This document shows positions 25,372-38,094 of a DNA stretch of 64,000 bases, piece after piece. A program made the translations under genes and the position numbers. The DNA lies in assembly GCF_963921235.1 (NCBI RefSeq), contig NC_086097.1, forward strand, positions 247,258,001 to 247,322,000. The letters are read 5' to 3'. The notes under the pieces were generated by a model that did no database searches, was not told the DNA's origin, and saw only the letters and a list, made by a program, of their open reading frames with translations. Within the stretch, counting starts at the first letter, position 1. Each line of letters opens with the position of its first letter. Origin of the DNA: Mobula hypostoma (lineage: Eukaryota).

Positions 25372-25682
25372 TCATCGTTATGCGTTGTGTCGTATAACGT
25401 GGGCGATCATGGTCTTACCATGACCATGATTGTTCTGGGCAAATTTTTCTACAGAAGTGGTTTGCCATCGCCTTCTTCTGGGCAGTGTCTTTACAAGATG
25501 GGTGACCCCAGCCATTATCAATACTCTTCAGAGATTGTTTGCCTGGTGTCAGTGGTCGCATAACCAGGAATTGTGATAGGCACCAGCTGCTCATACACCA
25601 TCCAAGGGTGACTTGCAGGCTAGCAGAGGGAAGGAGCACCTTATACCTCCTTTGGTAGAGACGTATCTCCAGCCCACCACCC
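25372..25682 (-). mobile_element. SINE-like repeat
   Basis: Homologous to 42622-42971. Confidence 0.75.
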
Positions 25683-26029
25683 TAGTTTATGTATAGTTTT
25701 TCATAAATTCTCTGATATTTCTTCATTTTCCTGTAAATACCTGCAAAAAAAATTAATCTCAACGTAGTACGTCATCAATGTTTCAAATATGTACTTCATA
25801 TACTGTATGTTAAAATATCTCGAGGCATTTTGATAATAAATTTACTTTGACTTTGAAAATGACTCTCAGGATAGTAAGTGGTAACATATACATATTTTTT
25901 GATGATAAATTTACTTTGATCTTGACTTTGAATTTGTTTGTTGTCCCCTTTTGTTCTGGTATGAGACAATGTTGAACTTACGGCATCAACAGAACACGTG
26001 AAATTGCTTGACACAATGTTAAGACTCAC

Positions 26030-26143
26030 CTGGCCTTGTGCGTTAGTGACGAGTTGGGAGGCCATCCCTTGCAGGTTGGACAGGGCGTTGCTGAAGGCCT
26101 GAGAGCTGGCTATGGATCCCATGGCTGCTGCTTGAGTTGCCAG
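26030..26143 (-). CDS. POU6F2: Internal coding exon of POU class 6 homeobox 2 (Ala/Gln/Ser-rich region N-terminal to the POU domain)
   Basis: Acceptor ctctttattttcttAG and donor CAG|GTGAGT; 114 nt, phase 0-0. Encodes LATQAAAMGSIASSQAFSNALSNLQGMASQLVTNAQGQ, close to the vertebrate POU6F2 segment as I recall it (LASQAAAAAAAMSSIASSQAFGNALSSLQGVTGQLVTNAQGQ). Confidence 0.9.
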
Positions 26144-26587
26144 CTAAGAAAATAAAGAGCAGAATCATCACTTTCTAGCTAGTTGTAAATGCATCTTTGT
26201 GGTTGGGCTGAGTTGCTCTCCCATCTTGGCAATTTACTTGCAAACATTCTGACACCATACGAGGAGACACCATCAGTGCGCTGTTGATTGTGGTGTGTCC
26301 TCCGAATGCCTGGCCTTTAAATACCTTTCAATCAGCTGACTGGGCATTATTTCTGAAACTGCGGGGAGGAAATTTTGTCGCTGTATGACAAAATCCTTGC
26401 TCAGGAATTTAGCCTACTTATGAGCGACGAGGGCAAAAGGCCGGACCACAATGCACAAAGTAAGTTGCCAAGTTTGGAGAACAAATCAACCCAATCATCA
26501 GCCATCTGAACTACAAATCTTCCGAATTATGCATCTAAGTGTTACTGTGGCCTCAGTACAGCGTTTATTATGGGAAGGAACATTGAA

Positions 26588-27025
26588 TATAGAACATAAG
26601 ACCATAAAATATTGGAGCAGAATTAGGTCATTTGGCCATTTGGTACATCGAGTCTGCTCCTCCATTTCATCACGTCTGATCCATTTCCCTCTCAGCCCTA
26701 ATCTCCTGCCTTCTCACCGTATCCCTTCATGCCTTGACTAATCAAGAATCTATCAACCTCTACCTAAAAATAGCCAATGACTTGGGCTCCACAGCTGCCA
26801 ATGGAAACAAATTCCACAAATTCACCACCCTCTGGCTAAAGAAATTCCTCCTTATCTACATTCTAACTGGACACCCCTCTATTCTGAGGCTGTGTCCCCT
26901 GGTCTTGGACTTCCCCACCATAGGGAACATCCTCTCCACATCCACTCTACCAAGGCCTTTCAACATCCGATAGGTTTCAATGAGGTTACCCCTCATTCTT
27001 CTGAATTCCAGTGAGTACAGGCTCT
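26588..27025 (-). mobile_element. CR1 3' fragment
   Basis: LYSLEFRRMRGNLIETYRMLKGL. Confidence 0.85.
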
Positions 27026-27119
27026 CTGGCCCACAATGTTGTGCCAACACTTTTACCTACTCCAAGATCAATCTACTCCCTCCCTTCCACAAACCTTTCA
27101 ATTTTTCTGTCATAAATGA

Positions 27120-27693
27120 TGTCATATCTGTTAAATAGGGGCCGTGGACAATTCTGATTTGATGGAGAATGGATGTGAGAGCACAGAGGAACATCTGGAG
27201 AAATTTCTGAAACGCTCGTTCGCTGCTGTCGTTACTGCACGGTTGGGAATCTTTCGGAGGGTAGGCCTCAAAATCCCCGGCCTTGCCTGCTTTTGGCGAC
27301 CGAGAAGGAGGTCGAATCATTCGGACAGAGATGGCGCTCAGTACTCGGTGTTGGAGAGCGGATCAGAGCTCAAAGTTTTCGGATGACTCAGAGTCGGATT
27401 GTGGTCGACATGGCAGGGAGAGTTTTTCTTCCTTCTCCCGTCTGCGTGAGATGTGGGACATTTGAGAGACTTTGAACTTTACTGTGCTCACGGACTTCTT
27501 CATCAAGTTATGGTATTGTTACACTGTTTGTAACTATATCTTATAATTATGTGGTTTTGTCAGTTTTTTCAGTCTTGGTTTGTCCTGTGTTTTGTGATAT
27601 CACACCGGAGGAAATATTTTATCAGTTCTCAATGCATGCATTACTAAATGACAATAAAAGAGGACTACGTGTCTTCATAATCATAATCATCAT
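27120..27693 (+). mobile_element. ~630-bp non-autonomous retroposon, copy 3, inserted in a minus-strand CR1 tail
   Basis: Near-identical to the reverse complement of 13714-14295, with a (CATAAT)n tail. CR1 sequence continues at 27695-28080. Confidence 0.85.
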
Positions 27694-28899
27694 AAATGTG
27701 TCTGTCTAAGAGTCTCTTAAAGTCCCGAATGTAGCTGCCCCTACCACCACTTCTGGCAGTGTGTTCCATGCACCCACCACTCTCTGTGGGGGAAAAACCC
27801 ACCTCTGACAACCCCATCCCATACTTTTCCCTGAACTTTAAAGTAACGCCCCCTCGTATTATCCATTTCCACCCTGGGAGAAAGTCTCTGGTTATCCACT
27901 CGATCCATGCCTCTCATTATATTGTACACCTCTATTCAGTCTCCTCTCATCTTCCTTCTCTCCAAAGAGAAAAGCCCTAGCTCGCTCAACCTATCCTCAT
28001 AAAACATAGTCTCTAATCCAGCCAACGTTCTGGCGAATCTCTGTACCTTCTCTAAAGCTTCCACCTCCTCGCTATAATGAGACTGCCACCGAGCCTTCTC
28101 CAACATCTGATCAGGGCTGATTTATTTCACATGTCTGTTCTTTCTTTTTCTTTTCATTACATTATTGTGTAAAATGAAATGCCTACTCATTTACCCTTGT
28201 ATAAAAGCCAGCAGCTTCAGCTCTGTTTCCCTGTCAAAGATGGTCGCATGTTAGACCGCGCAACTTTGACATGAGAAGGAACTCATAGGCTCAGAGACTC
28301 CAGTAACCTGATCTGTCAAAATCTGAAGACCACTTTGACTGTGAATTATGGCACCGCTTTGGTGGCCCAAGGCCGAGCAAGGTTTATAGTTGATGAAAGA
28401 CCTTGACTTGCAGGGCATAATCCAATTGCAGCAACATCAATTATGCACCTTTGTTGAAAAGCTTAAATGCCTTAAATCCTTGTTAATTATTTACAACAGA
28501 TTTCCGCATTCTCACAGAAGCATCGTTTTATAATTATTGAAACTATTCAATATTTGTCATCGTTATCATCCACCTCTACAGACTCAGAGTAAAAGTGGAA
28601 ATGAAACACAATTCCGGTATTATTATTAAAAGCTCAACACACAGAGGAAAGCTCTTCAATTTTGTTCTGCTTAATATTATTTTACATTAAAAATTTACAG
28701 ACAACTCTTTATACAGAGAGGAAAATATGAGTGTATTTTGGAAGCAGTCAGTGAATTTGGTGTTCTGAAAGGCTCAGCTCATTTTTATATCAGGCTAAAG
28801 CCTTTTGGAAGCTCTTAATCATCTCTCTAGGGGACCCCTGAGACTCAGCAAATGCACTGAACCAGGTTTGATTATAAGTATTTCAGATTTTAGAATGTT

Positions 28900-29195
28900 A
28901 TTTATTGTTTATTTATTGAGACACAATGTGGAATCAGCCCTTCTGGCCCTTTGAGCTGCTCCGCCCAGCAATCTCCTGATATAATCGTCACCTAATCAAG
29001 GGACAAATTACAGCCATCTATTAACATACCTACCGGCATATCTTTAGACTGTGGGAGGAAACCGGAGCACCCGGAGGAAACCCACACAGTCATGGGGAGA
29101 ACATACAAACTCCTTACAGGCAGTGATGGGAATTGAACCCAGGTCACCTGTACTGTAAAGCGTTGTGCTAACCACTACACTACCCTGTCACCCAC
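28900..29195 (-). mobile_element. tRNA-derived V-SINE (HE1-like); related copies at ~13330, 14690, 17760, 24530, 31600, 31950, 42135, 43195, 45475 and 46510
   Basis: B box GGTTCAATTCC followed by the V-domain TTCTCCCCATGACTGTGTGGGTTTCCTCCGGGTGCTCCGGTTTCCTCCCAC. Confidence 0.82.
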
Positions 29196-30297
29196 TACTG
29201 AGAATTTTTTGTGCAACTTTCGATTCATTTTTACAAGCGTATAGAACTGGACAATTATTGGTTATTTATATTATTTTCTTCTTATTATTATTTATTATTT
29301 TGTTGGTTGGTATTGACTGATGAAGGGTCTTGGCCTGAAATACCAACTGTTTATTCCCCTTCATAGATGCTTCTTGATCTGCTCAGTTCCTCCAGCATTT
29401 TGTGTGTGTTGCTCTGGATTTCCAGCATCTGCAGAATCTCTTGAATCTACAATCAATTATGTATTGAGTGAAAGTTTGATAATGGAGAGACATCATGACT
29501 TGAACAATATTATTTGTGGAGTTTTATAAGGTTAAATCAAAGTACAATATATTCTATTGAATGAGTTTTTGAGCTCATCTCTGTTGTTGACACATTTAGT
29601 ATCTATATGGAACTAGGTGGCCTCCTATAAAGGTTAAATCCATGTACCACTCGGCAGATAACTCAAGTTGTGGATTCTAATGCATCTCGGCATTGTGAAA
29701 TGAGGAAAAAACACGGAAGACACCACACCAGGCCCTCACAAAGACAAAGAACACAGATTGACAAGACAGAAGAGCTTTCCAACTCATAAACCAGGAGTCT
29801 GATGAAAAAGTACAGCTTCTGGTATGGGCGGTGGGCTGCTGCACAGGATCGGAATAAACCGCAAAGAGTTGTAAACTTAGTCATCATGGGCACTAGCCTC
29901 CGTAGTATCCAGGACATCTGAAAGGAATGATGCCTCAAAAAGGCGGCGTCCATTATTAAGGACCCAAGTCACCCAGATCATGCCTTGTTCTCATTGCTAG
30001 CATCAAGAGGAGGGACAGAAGCCTGTAGACACACACTCAATGATTCAGAAACAGCTTCTTCCCCTCTGCCACCTGATTTCTGAATGGATATTGAACCCAT
30101 GAACACCTCCTCATGACTTTTTTATTTCTATTTTTGCACTACTTATTTAATTTAACTATTATATATATACTTATTGCAACTCTCAGTTTTTTCTCTATGA
30201 TCATGTATTGCGTTGTACTGCCACCACAAAGTCAACAAATTTCACAACATATGCCGGTGATATTAAAGCCGATTCTGACATCTATGATTTGCATCAA

Positions 30298-31583
30298 CAT
30301 AGAAACATAGAAAATAGGTGGAGTTGGCCATTCGGCCCTTCGAGCCTGCACCACCATTCAGTATGATCATGGCTGATCATCCAACTCAGAACCCTGTACC
30401 TGCCTTCTCTCTATACCCCCTGATCCCTTTAGCCACAAGGGCCATATCTAACTCCCTCTTAAATATAGCCAATGAACTGGCCTCAACTGTTTCCTGTGGC
30501 AGAGAATTCCACAGATTCACCACTCTCTGTATGAAGAAGTTTTTCCTCATCTCGGTCCTAAAAGGCTTCCCCTTTATCCTCAAACTGTGACCCCACGTTC
30601 TGGACTTCCCCAACATTGGGAATAATCTTCCTACATCTAGCCTGTCCGATCCCTTTAGAATTTTATACAGTTCAATAAGATCCCCCCTCAATCTTCTAAA
30701 TTCCAGAGTATAAGCCTAGCCGATCCAGTCTTTTATCATATGAAAGTCCTGCCATCCCAGGAATCAATCTGGTGAACCTTCTTTGTACTCCCTCTATGAC
30801 AAGGATGTCTTTCCTCAGATTAGGAGACCAAAACTGCACACAATACTCCAGGTGTGGTCTCACCAAGGCCTTGTACAACCGCAGTAGTACCTCCCTGCTC
30901 CTGTACTTGAATCCTCTTGCTATGAATGCCAGCGTACGATTCGCCTTTTTCACCACCAGCTGTACCTGCATGCCCACTTTCAATGACTGGTGTACAATGA
31001 CACCCAGGTCTCGTTGCACCTCCCCTTTTCCTAATCGGCCACCATTCAGATACTAATCTGTTTTCCTGTTCTTGCCACCAAAGTGGATAACCTCACATTT
31101 ATCCACATTAAATTGCATCTGCCATGAATTTGCCCACTCACCTAACTTATCCAAGTCCCCCTGCATCCTCTTAGCATCCTCCTCACAGCTAACACTGCCG
31201 CCCAGCTTTGTGTCATCCGCAAACTTGGAGATGCTGCATTTAATTCCCTCATCCAAGTCATTAATATATATTGTAAACAACTGGGGTCCCAGCATTGAGC
31301 CTTGCGGTACCCCACTAGTCACTGCCTGCCATTCTGAAAAGGTCCCATTTATTCCCACTCTTTGCTTCCTGTCTGCCAACCAATTCTCCACCCACACCAA
31401 TACCTTACCCCCAATACCGTGTGCTTTAAGTTTGCACACTAATCTCCTGTGTGGGACCTTGCCAAAAGCCTTTTGAAAATCGAAATATACCACATCCACT
31501 GGTTCTCCCCTATCCACACTACTAATTACATCCTCAAAAAATTCTATGAGATTCATCAGACATGATTTTCCTTTCACAAATCC
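30298..31583 (-). mobile_element. Young 5'-truncated CR1 LINE
   Basis: RT ORF pieces KSCLMNLIEF, DFQKAF, GVPQGS, SKFADDTKL. (TTTCTATG)n-type tail. Confidence 0.95.
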
Positions 31584-33599
31584 AGCACAGATTTCACAAA
31601 TCTTTCACAATGACCAGCACAGTCTGCGGAAATGCTGGGGGCAGCCTGCAGGTGTTGCCATGCTTCTGACTCCAGCAAAGCATGCCGAAAACTTACTGAG
31701 CCTAACCCATACTCCTTTGGAAAGTGGGAGGGGGCTGGAGCAGCTGGGGGAAACCCAAGCGGAGATGGGGAGAAGGTACAGTCTCCTCACAGACAGCGGC
31801 AGGATATGAGGTGGGTCGCAGGCGCTGTAAACTGTTACACTAACTGCTACTGAGCAACATCTTATTTTCTATTGTATATTCCCAGCAAAAGCTCTGATGA
31901 AGGTGCTCTGAAATGTGGGATGCGCCTAATTATTTTAAAAAAATTATTTAGATATACAGCAAGGTACCAGGCCCTTCCAACCCAACGAGCCCACCCTGCC
32001 CAATTGCACCCACGTGACCAATTAACTTACTAACCCGTATGTCTTTGGAAAGCAGGAGGAAACCGGAGCACCTGGAGGAAACCCAAGTGGTCACGGGGAG
32101 AACGTACAAACTCATAGCAGCGGAATTGAACCCAGTTGCTGGTGCTGTAATAGCGCTTTGCAAACCGTTACGCTATCGTGCCGCCACGAAGTTATGGAAG
32201 TATTCTGATCCTCAGCAGCAGAAACACTTGGAACAGCTCATGTGAAACAAAAACTAAATGAAGAGGAATGTGAAGGGTTGTCACAAAGTTTGCACTTTAG
32301 CTGACAAAAACTGAACTGATATTTACTTAGTTAAATGGAATTTTGTGAGTCTGGTGCATTCTCATCACCTCTGCTCCCTAGACAGCATGGGTGGGAGGAG
32401 GATGTTTCCTTTGGTGGGAGAGTCTAGGACAGAAGGCAGGAGAATGGGGTTAAGGGGGAAATGGATCAGCCATGGTGAAATGGGGGGGGGGGGAGACCTG
32501 ATGGGCCAAATGGCCCAATTCTGCTCCTATGTTTTCTGGTCTTACGGTCTAAATTATAATAGGTTTTCATTTAAGTACATCAATTTCTACAGATAAACCA
32601 TAGGGAGCATTCTGCCTGTTTGCAACACAGCCTGGTTTGTGTTGCTCCCCTCAGAGGGGCCGCTGGTGTGGGTCGCTGCCCTTGGAGGGGCTGCTGGTTT
32701 GTGTCGCTGCCCTCAGAGAGGTCGCTGGGTCACGTTGCTGACCTTGGAGGGGTGGCTGGTTCGAGTTGCTTCTCTCAGTGGGGTCACTGGTCTGAGTCAC
32801 TTCCCTCGGAGAGGCCACTGGGTCCTGGTGCTCTCAAAGATGTTATTGAAATTCTGAGATTTATGGATTGGACTCTCGTTCATATTGGCCTTTTTCAGTT
32901 CTATGTTTTGTCATGTTCTTGCCCATTCTTTCTTCTTACCGATTGGCGGGCAGGGGGTTTGGGTGATTTGTTAGTTTTTGTGTGAGGGAGGGGTTGGGGG
33001 GGAGTTTGGGGCTTGTGAGTTTCTGTTTCTTTATCTTTTTGTGCAGTGGGGGAGGTTGATGCCTTTCTTTCAACTACTTCTATAGTTTTCTGGCTATCTG
33101 GAGAAGACAAATCTCAGAGTTGTATTCTGCATACATTTGAACAGAAGTAAGTAGGAATTTTTTAGCTAAAGAGTGGTTAATCTGTGGAATGTTCTGCCAC
33201 AGACTGCAGTGGAGGCCAGGTCCATGGGTATACTTAAAGCGGATGTTGATAGATTCCTGATTGGTCGGGGCATCAAGGGATATGGTGAGAGGACAGGTGT
33301 ATGGGGTTGAATGGGATCTGGGACCAGCCACGATAAAATGGCAAAGTGGACTCAATGGGTTGAATGGCCAAATTCTGCTCCTATGTCTTATGGTCTTATA
33401 CATACTTCGATAATGAAATGAACCTCTGAACCTTTGTGTCGAGGTGCCAGTGCACAGGATCACAAGAGGCAGGCGAGGGCTGTAGACTCAGCCAGCTCCA
33501 TCACAGGCACGAGTCACCCCACCGTCGAGGACATCTTCAAAAGGCAATGCTTCAGGAAGGTGTCATCTATCATTAAGGACCATCGCCATCCAGGAAACG

Positions 33600-34062
33600 C
33601 CCTCTTGAAGTTGTATAAGACATTGGTGAGACTTAATTTGGAGTAACACGTGTAGTTTTGGTGACCTACTTACAAGAAAGATGTAAATAAGATTGAAAGG
33701 GTACAGAAAACATTTATAAGGACGTTGCCAGGTCTTGAGAACCTCAGTTTTCGGGAAAGGTTGAATAGGTTAGGACTTATTCCCTAGAACGTAGAAGATT
33801 GAGGGGAGATTTGATAGAGGTACACAAAATTATCAGGGGTATAGCTAGGGTATATGCAAACAGGCATTTCCCACTGAATTTGGGTGAGGCTACAACCGAA
33901 GGTCATAGGTTAAGGGTGAAAGGTGAAATATTTCAGGGAAACATGAACAGAAACTTTTTCACTCAGAGGGTGGTGAGTGTGTGGAACGAGTTGCCGGCGC
34001 AACTGTGAGTTTGATTTCAACATTTAAGAGAAGTTTGGATAGGTACAGCGACGGGAGGGGTA
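33600..34062 (+). mobile_element. CR1 3' fragment
   Basis: RGDLIEVHKII...NFFTQRVVSVWNELP. Confidence 0.85.
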
Positions 34063-35910
34063 TAGAAACACAGAAACATAGAAAATAGGTGCAGGAGTAG
34101 GCCATTCGGCCCTTCGAGCCTGCACCGCCATTTATTATGATCATGGCTGATCATCCAACTCAGAACCCAGCCTTCCCTCCATACCCCCTGACCCCTGTAG
34201 CCACAAGGGCCATATCTAACTTCCTTTTAAACATAGCTAATGAACTGGCCTCAACAGTTTGCTGTGGCAGAGAATTCCACAGATTCACCACTCTCTGTGT
34301 GAAGAAGTTTTTCCTAATCTCGGTCCTAAAATAAAATCTTGGTGGCAAAAATAGGAAAACAGATTATTATCTGAATGGTGGCCGATTAGGAAAAGGGGAG
34401 GTGCAACGAGACCTGGGTGTCATTATACACCAGTCATTGAAAGTGGGCATGCAGGTACAGCAGGCGGTGAAAAAGGCGAACGGTATGCTGGCATTTATAG
34501 CGAGAGGATTCGAGTACAGGAGCAGGGAGGTACTACTGCAGTTGTACAAGGCCTTGGTGAGACCACACCTGGAGTATTGTGTGCAGTTTTGGTCCCCTAA
34601 TCTGAGGAAAGACATCTTTGCCATTGAGGGAGTACAAAGAAGGTTCACCAGATTGATTCCTGGGATGGCAGGTCTTTCATATGAAGAAAGACTGGATGAA
34701 CTGGGCTTGTACTCGTTGGAATTTAGAAGATTGAGGGGGGATCTGATTGAAACGTATAAGATCCTAAAGGGATTGGACAGGCTAGATGCGGGAAGATTGT
34801 TCCCGATGTTGGGGAGGTCTAGAACGAGGGGTCACAGTTTGAGGATAGAGGGGAAGCCTTTTAGGACCGAGGTTAGGAAAAACTTCTTCACACAGAGAGT
34901 GGTGAATCTGTGGAATTCTCTGCCACAGCAAACTGTTGAGGCCAGTTCATTAGCTATGTTTAAAAGGAAGTTAGATATGGCCCTTGTGGCTACAGGGGTC
35001 AGGGGGTATGGAGGGAAGGCTGGGTTCTGAGTTGGATGATCAGCCATGATCATAATAAATGGCGGTGCAGGCTCGAAGGGCCGAATGGCCTACTCCTGCA
35101 CCTATTTTCTATGTTTTCTATGTTTTTCTAAAAGGCTTCCCCTCTATCCTCAAACTGTGACCCCTCGTTCTGGACCTCCCCAACATCGGGAACAATCTTC
35201 CCGCATCTAGCCTGTCCAATCCCTTTAGGATCTTATACGTTTCAATCAGATCCCCCCTCAATCTTCTAAATTCCAACGAGTACAAGCCCAGTTCATCCAG
35301 TCTTTCTTCATATGAAAGACCTGCCATCCCAGGAATCAATCTGGTGAACCTTCTTTGTACTCCCTCTATGGCAAAGATGTCTTTCCTCAGATTAGGGGAC
35401 CAAAACTGCACACAATACTCCAGGTGTGGTCTCACCAAGGCCTTGTACAACTGCAGTAGTACCTCCCTGCTCCTGTACTCGAATCCTCTCGCTATAAATG
35501 CCAGCATACCGTTCGCCTTTTTCACCGCCTGCTGTACCTGCATGCCCACTTTCAATGACTGGTGTATAATGACACCCAGGTCTCGTTGCACCTCCCCTTT
35601 TCCTAATCGGCCACCATTCAGATAATAATCTGTTTTCCTATTTTTGCCACCAAAGTGGATAACTTCACATTTATCCACATTAAATTGCATCTGCCATGAG
35701 TTTGCCCACTCACCCAACCTATCCAAGTCACCCTGCATCCTCTTAGCATCCTCCTCACTGCTAACACTGCCACCCAGCTTCGTGTCATCCGCAAACTTGG
35801 AGATGCTGCATTTAATTCCCTCATCCAAGTCATTAATATATATTGTAAACAACTGGGGTCCCAGCACTGAGCCTTGCGGTACCCCACTAGTCACCGCCTG
35901 CCATTCTGAA
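34063..35910 (-). mobile_element. Young CR1 (34063-34331 plus 35128-35910) split by an inverted copy
   Basis: ORFs 35118-35927(-) and 34160-34348(-) join at GKPF/RTE. CTAAAA is duplicated at 34326-34331 and 35128-35133. Confidence 0.92.
34338..35127 (+). mobile_element. Inverted CR1 copy of the same subfamily, nested in the preceding element
   Basis: Uninterrupted ORF 34401-35030, with its own TTTTCTATG tail. Confidence 0.92.
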
Positions 35911-35964
35911 ACTGTACTTTGACACAAATAGTGTTGGGGAACAGCTGGATCTTTGTGTCCAAGG

Positions 35965-36540
35965 GGTAATGTTGCAGCTATATAGGACCCTGGTCAGACC
36001 CCACTTGGAGTACTGTGCTCAGTTCTGGTCGCCTCACTACAGGAAGGATGTGGAAACCATTGAAAGGGTGCAGAGGAGATTTACAAGGATGTTGCCTGGA
36101 TTGGGGAGCATGCCTTATGAAAACAGACTGAGTGAACTCGGCCTTTTCTCCTTGGAGCGACGGAGGATGAGAGGTGACCTGATAGAGGTGCATAAGATGA
36201 TGAGAGGCATTCATCGTGTGGATAGTCAGAGGCTATTTCCCAGGGCTGAAATGGTTGCCACAAGAAGACACAGGTTTAAGGTGCTGGGGAGTAGGTACAG
36301 AGGAGATGTCGGGCTAAGTTTTTTTACTCAGAGTGTGGTGAGTGTGTGGAATGGGCTGCCGGCAAGGGTGGTGGAGGTGGATATGATAGGGTCTTTTAAG
36401 AGACTCCTGGACAGGTATATGGAGCTCAGAAAAATAGAGGGCTATTGGTAACTCTGAGTAGTTTCTCAGGTAGGGACATGTTTGGCACAGCTTTGTGGGC
36501 CGAAGGGCCTGTATTGTGCTTAATGGTTTCTATGTTTCTA
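35965..36540 (+). mobile_element. CR1 3' fragment (different subfamily)
   Basis: ORF 35969-36451 LVRPHLEYCAQFWSPHYRKD, with a tttctatgtttcta tail. Confidence 0.9.
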
Positions 36541-36704
36541 GAGACTTAAGAAACTCTTAGAGAGGCACCTGGATGACAGAAAAATGAAGGGTTATGTAGG
36601 AGGGAAGGGTTAATTTGTTTTTGGATGAGGTTAAAAGGTTAGCACAACATTGTGGGCTGAACAACCTACATTGTGCTGCAATATTAGATGTTCTATGTTC
36701 ACTC

Positions 36705-37956
36705 AGGTCACACGTAGATCTCCTCCAGTTCGCCTACCAGCCCCGACTAGGAGTTGAGGATGCCACCGTCTACCTGCTTAACCGTGTCCACGCCCATCTA
36801 GACAAGCCAGCGAGCACTGTGAGGGTCATATTTTTTGACTTCTCCAGTGCGTTCAACATCGTCCGCACTGCTCTGCTGGGGGAGAAGCTGACAGCGATGC
36901 AGGTGGATGCTTTCCTGGTATCATGGATTCTTGATTACCTGACTGGCAGACCACAGTACGTGTGCTTGCAACACCGTGTGTCCGACAGAGTGATCAGCAG
37001 CACTGGGGCTCCACAGGGGACTGTCTTGTCTCCCTTTCTCTTCACCATTTACACCTCGGGCTTCAACTACTGCACAGAGTCTTGTCATCTTCAGAAGTTT
37101 TCGGATGACTCTGCCATAGTTGGATGCATCAGCAAGGCAGATGAGGCTGTGTACAGGGCTACGGTAGGAAACTTTGTCACATGGTGTGAGCAGAATTATC
37201 TGCAGCTTAATGTGAAAAAGACTAAGGAGCTGGTGGTAGACCTGAGGAGAGCTAAGGTACCGGTGACCCCTGTTTCCATCCCGGGGGTCAGTGTGGACAT
37301 GGTGGAGGATGACAAATACCTGGGGATACAAATTGACAATAAACTGGACTGGTCAAAGGACACTGAGGCTGTCTACAAGAAGGGTCAGAGCTGTCTCTAT
37401 TTCCTGAGGAGACTGAGGTCCTTTAACATCTGCTGGACGATGCTGAGGATATTCTACAAGTCTGTGGTGGCCAGTGCTATCATGTTTGCTGTTGTGTGCT
37501 GGGGAAGCAGGCTGAGGGTAGCAAGACACCAACAAAATCAACAAACTCATTCGTAAGGCCAGTGATGTTGTGGGGATGGAACTGGACTCTCTGACAGTGG
37601 TGTCTGAAAAGAGGATGCTGTCCAAGTTGCATGCCATCTTGGTCAATGTCTCCCATCCACTACATAATGTACTGGTTGGGCACAGGAGTACATTCAGCCA
37701 GAGACTCATTCCACTGAGATGCAACACAGATCGTCACAGGAAGTCATTCCTGCCTGTGGCCATCAAACTTTACAACTCCTCCCATGGAGGGTCAGACACC
37801 CTGAGCCAATAGGCTGGTCCTGGACATATTTCCTGGCATAATTTACATATTATTATTTAACTATTTATGGTTTTACTATTTATTATTTATGGTGCAACTG
37901 TAAGGAAAACCAATTTCCCCCGGGATCAATAAAGTATGACTATGACTATAACTATG
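36705..37956 (+). mobile_element. Rex1/Babar-type LINE, 5'-truncated RT
   Basis: QFAYQP...FFDFSSAFN...GAPQGTVLSPFLF...KFSDDSA...LNVKKTKELVVD. AATAAA plus (TATGAC)n tail. Confidence 0.92.
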
Positions 37957-38094
37957 AGCAGAAGCAAGAAACCTCAACAGCAAAAATAATATTTTGCTGC
38001 GAAGTAAGAGGGGCCAGAGGTGAAAGGAAATCAGTGAGAAAATTCAGAAAATAACAGGGGTATGGACTCCTTGGCAAATGGTGAACATGTCAAT

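Noticed and set aside
25796..26122. 108-aa ORF as a standalone gene
   Set aside because: Only the part up to the GT donor at 26029 resembles POU6F2. The remainder is intron read-through.
27144..27386. Coding ORF in the 630-bp repeat family
   Set aside because: The frame is not maintained among the three copies.
30772..31476. Recurrent antisense ORFs (MNLLCTPS..., MPPKWITS...)
   Set aside because: They are shadow frames opposite CR1 RT and recur only because CR1 is repeated.
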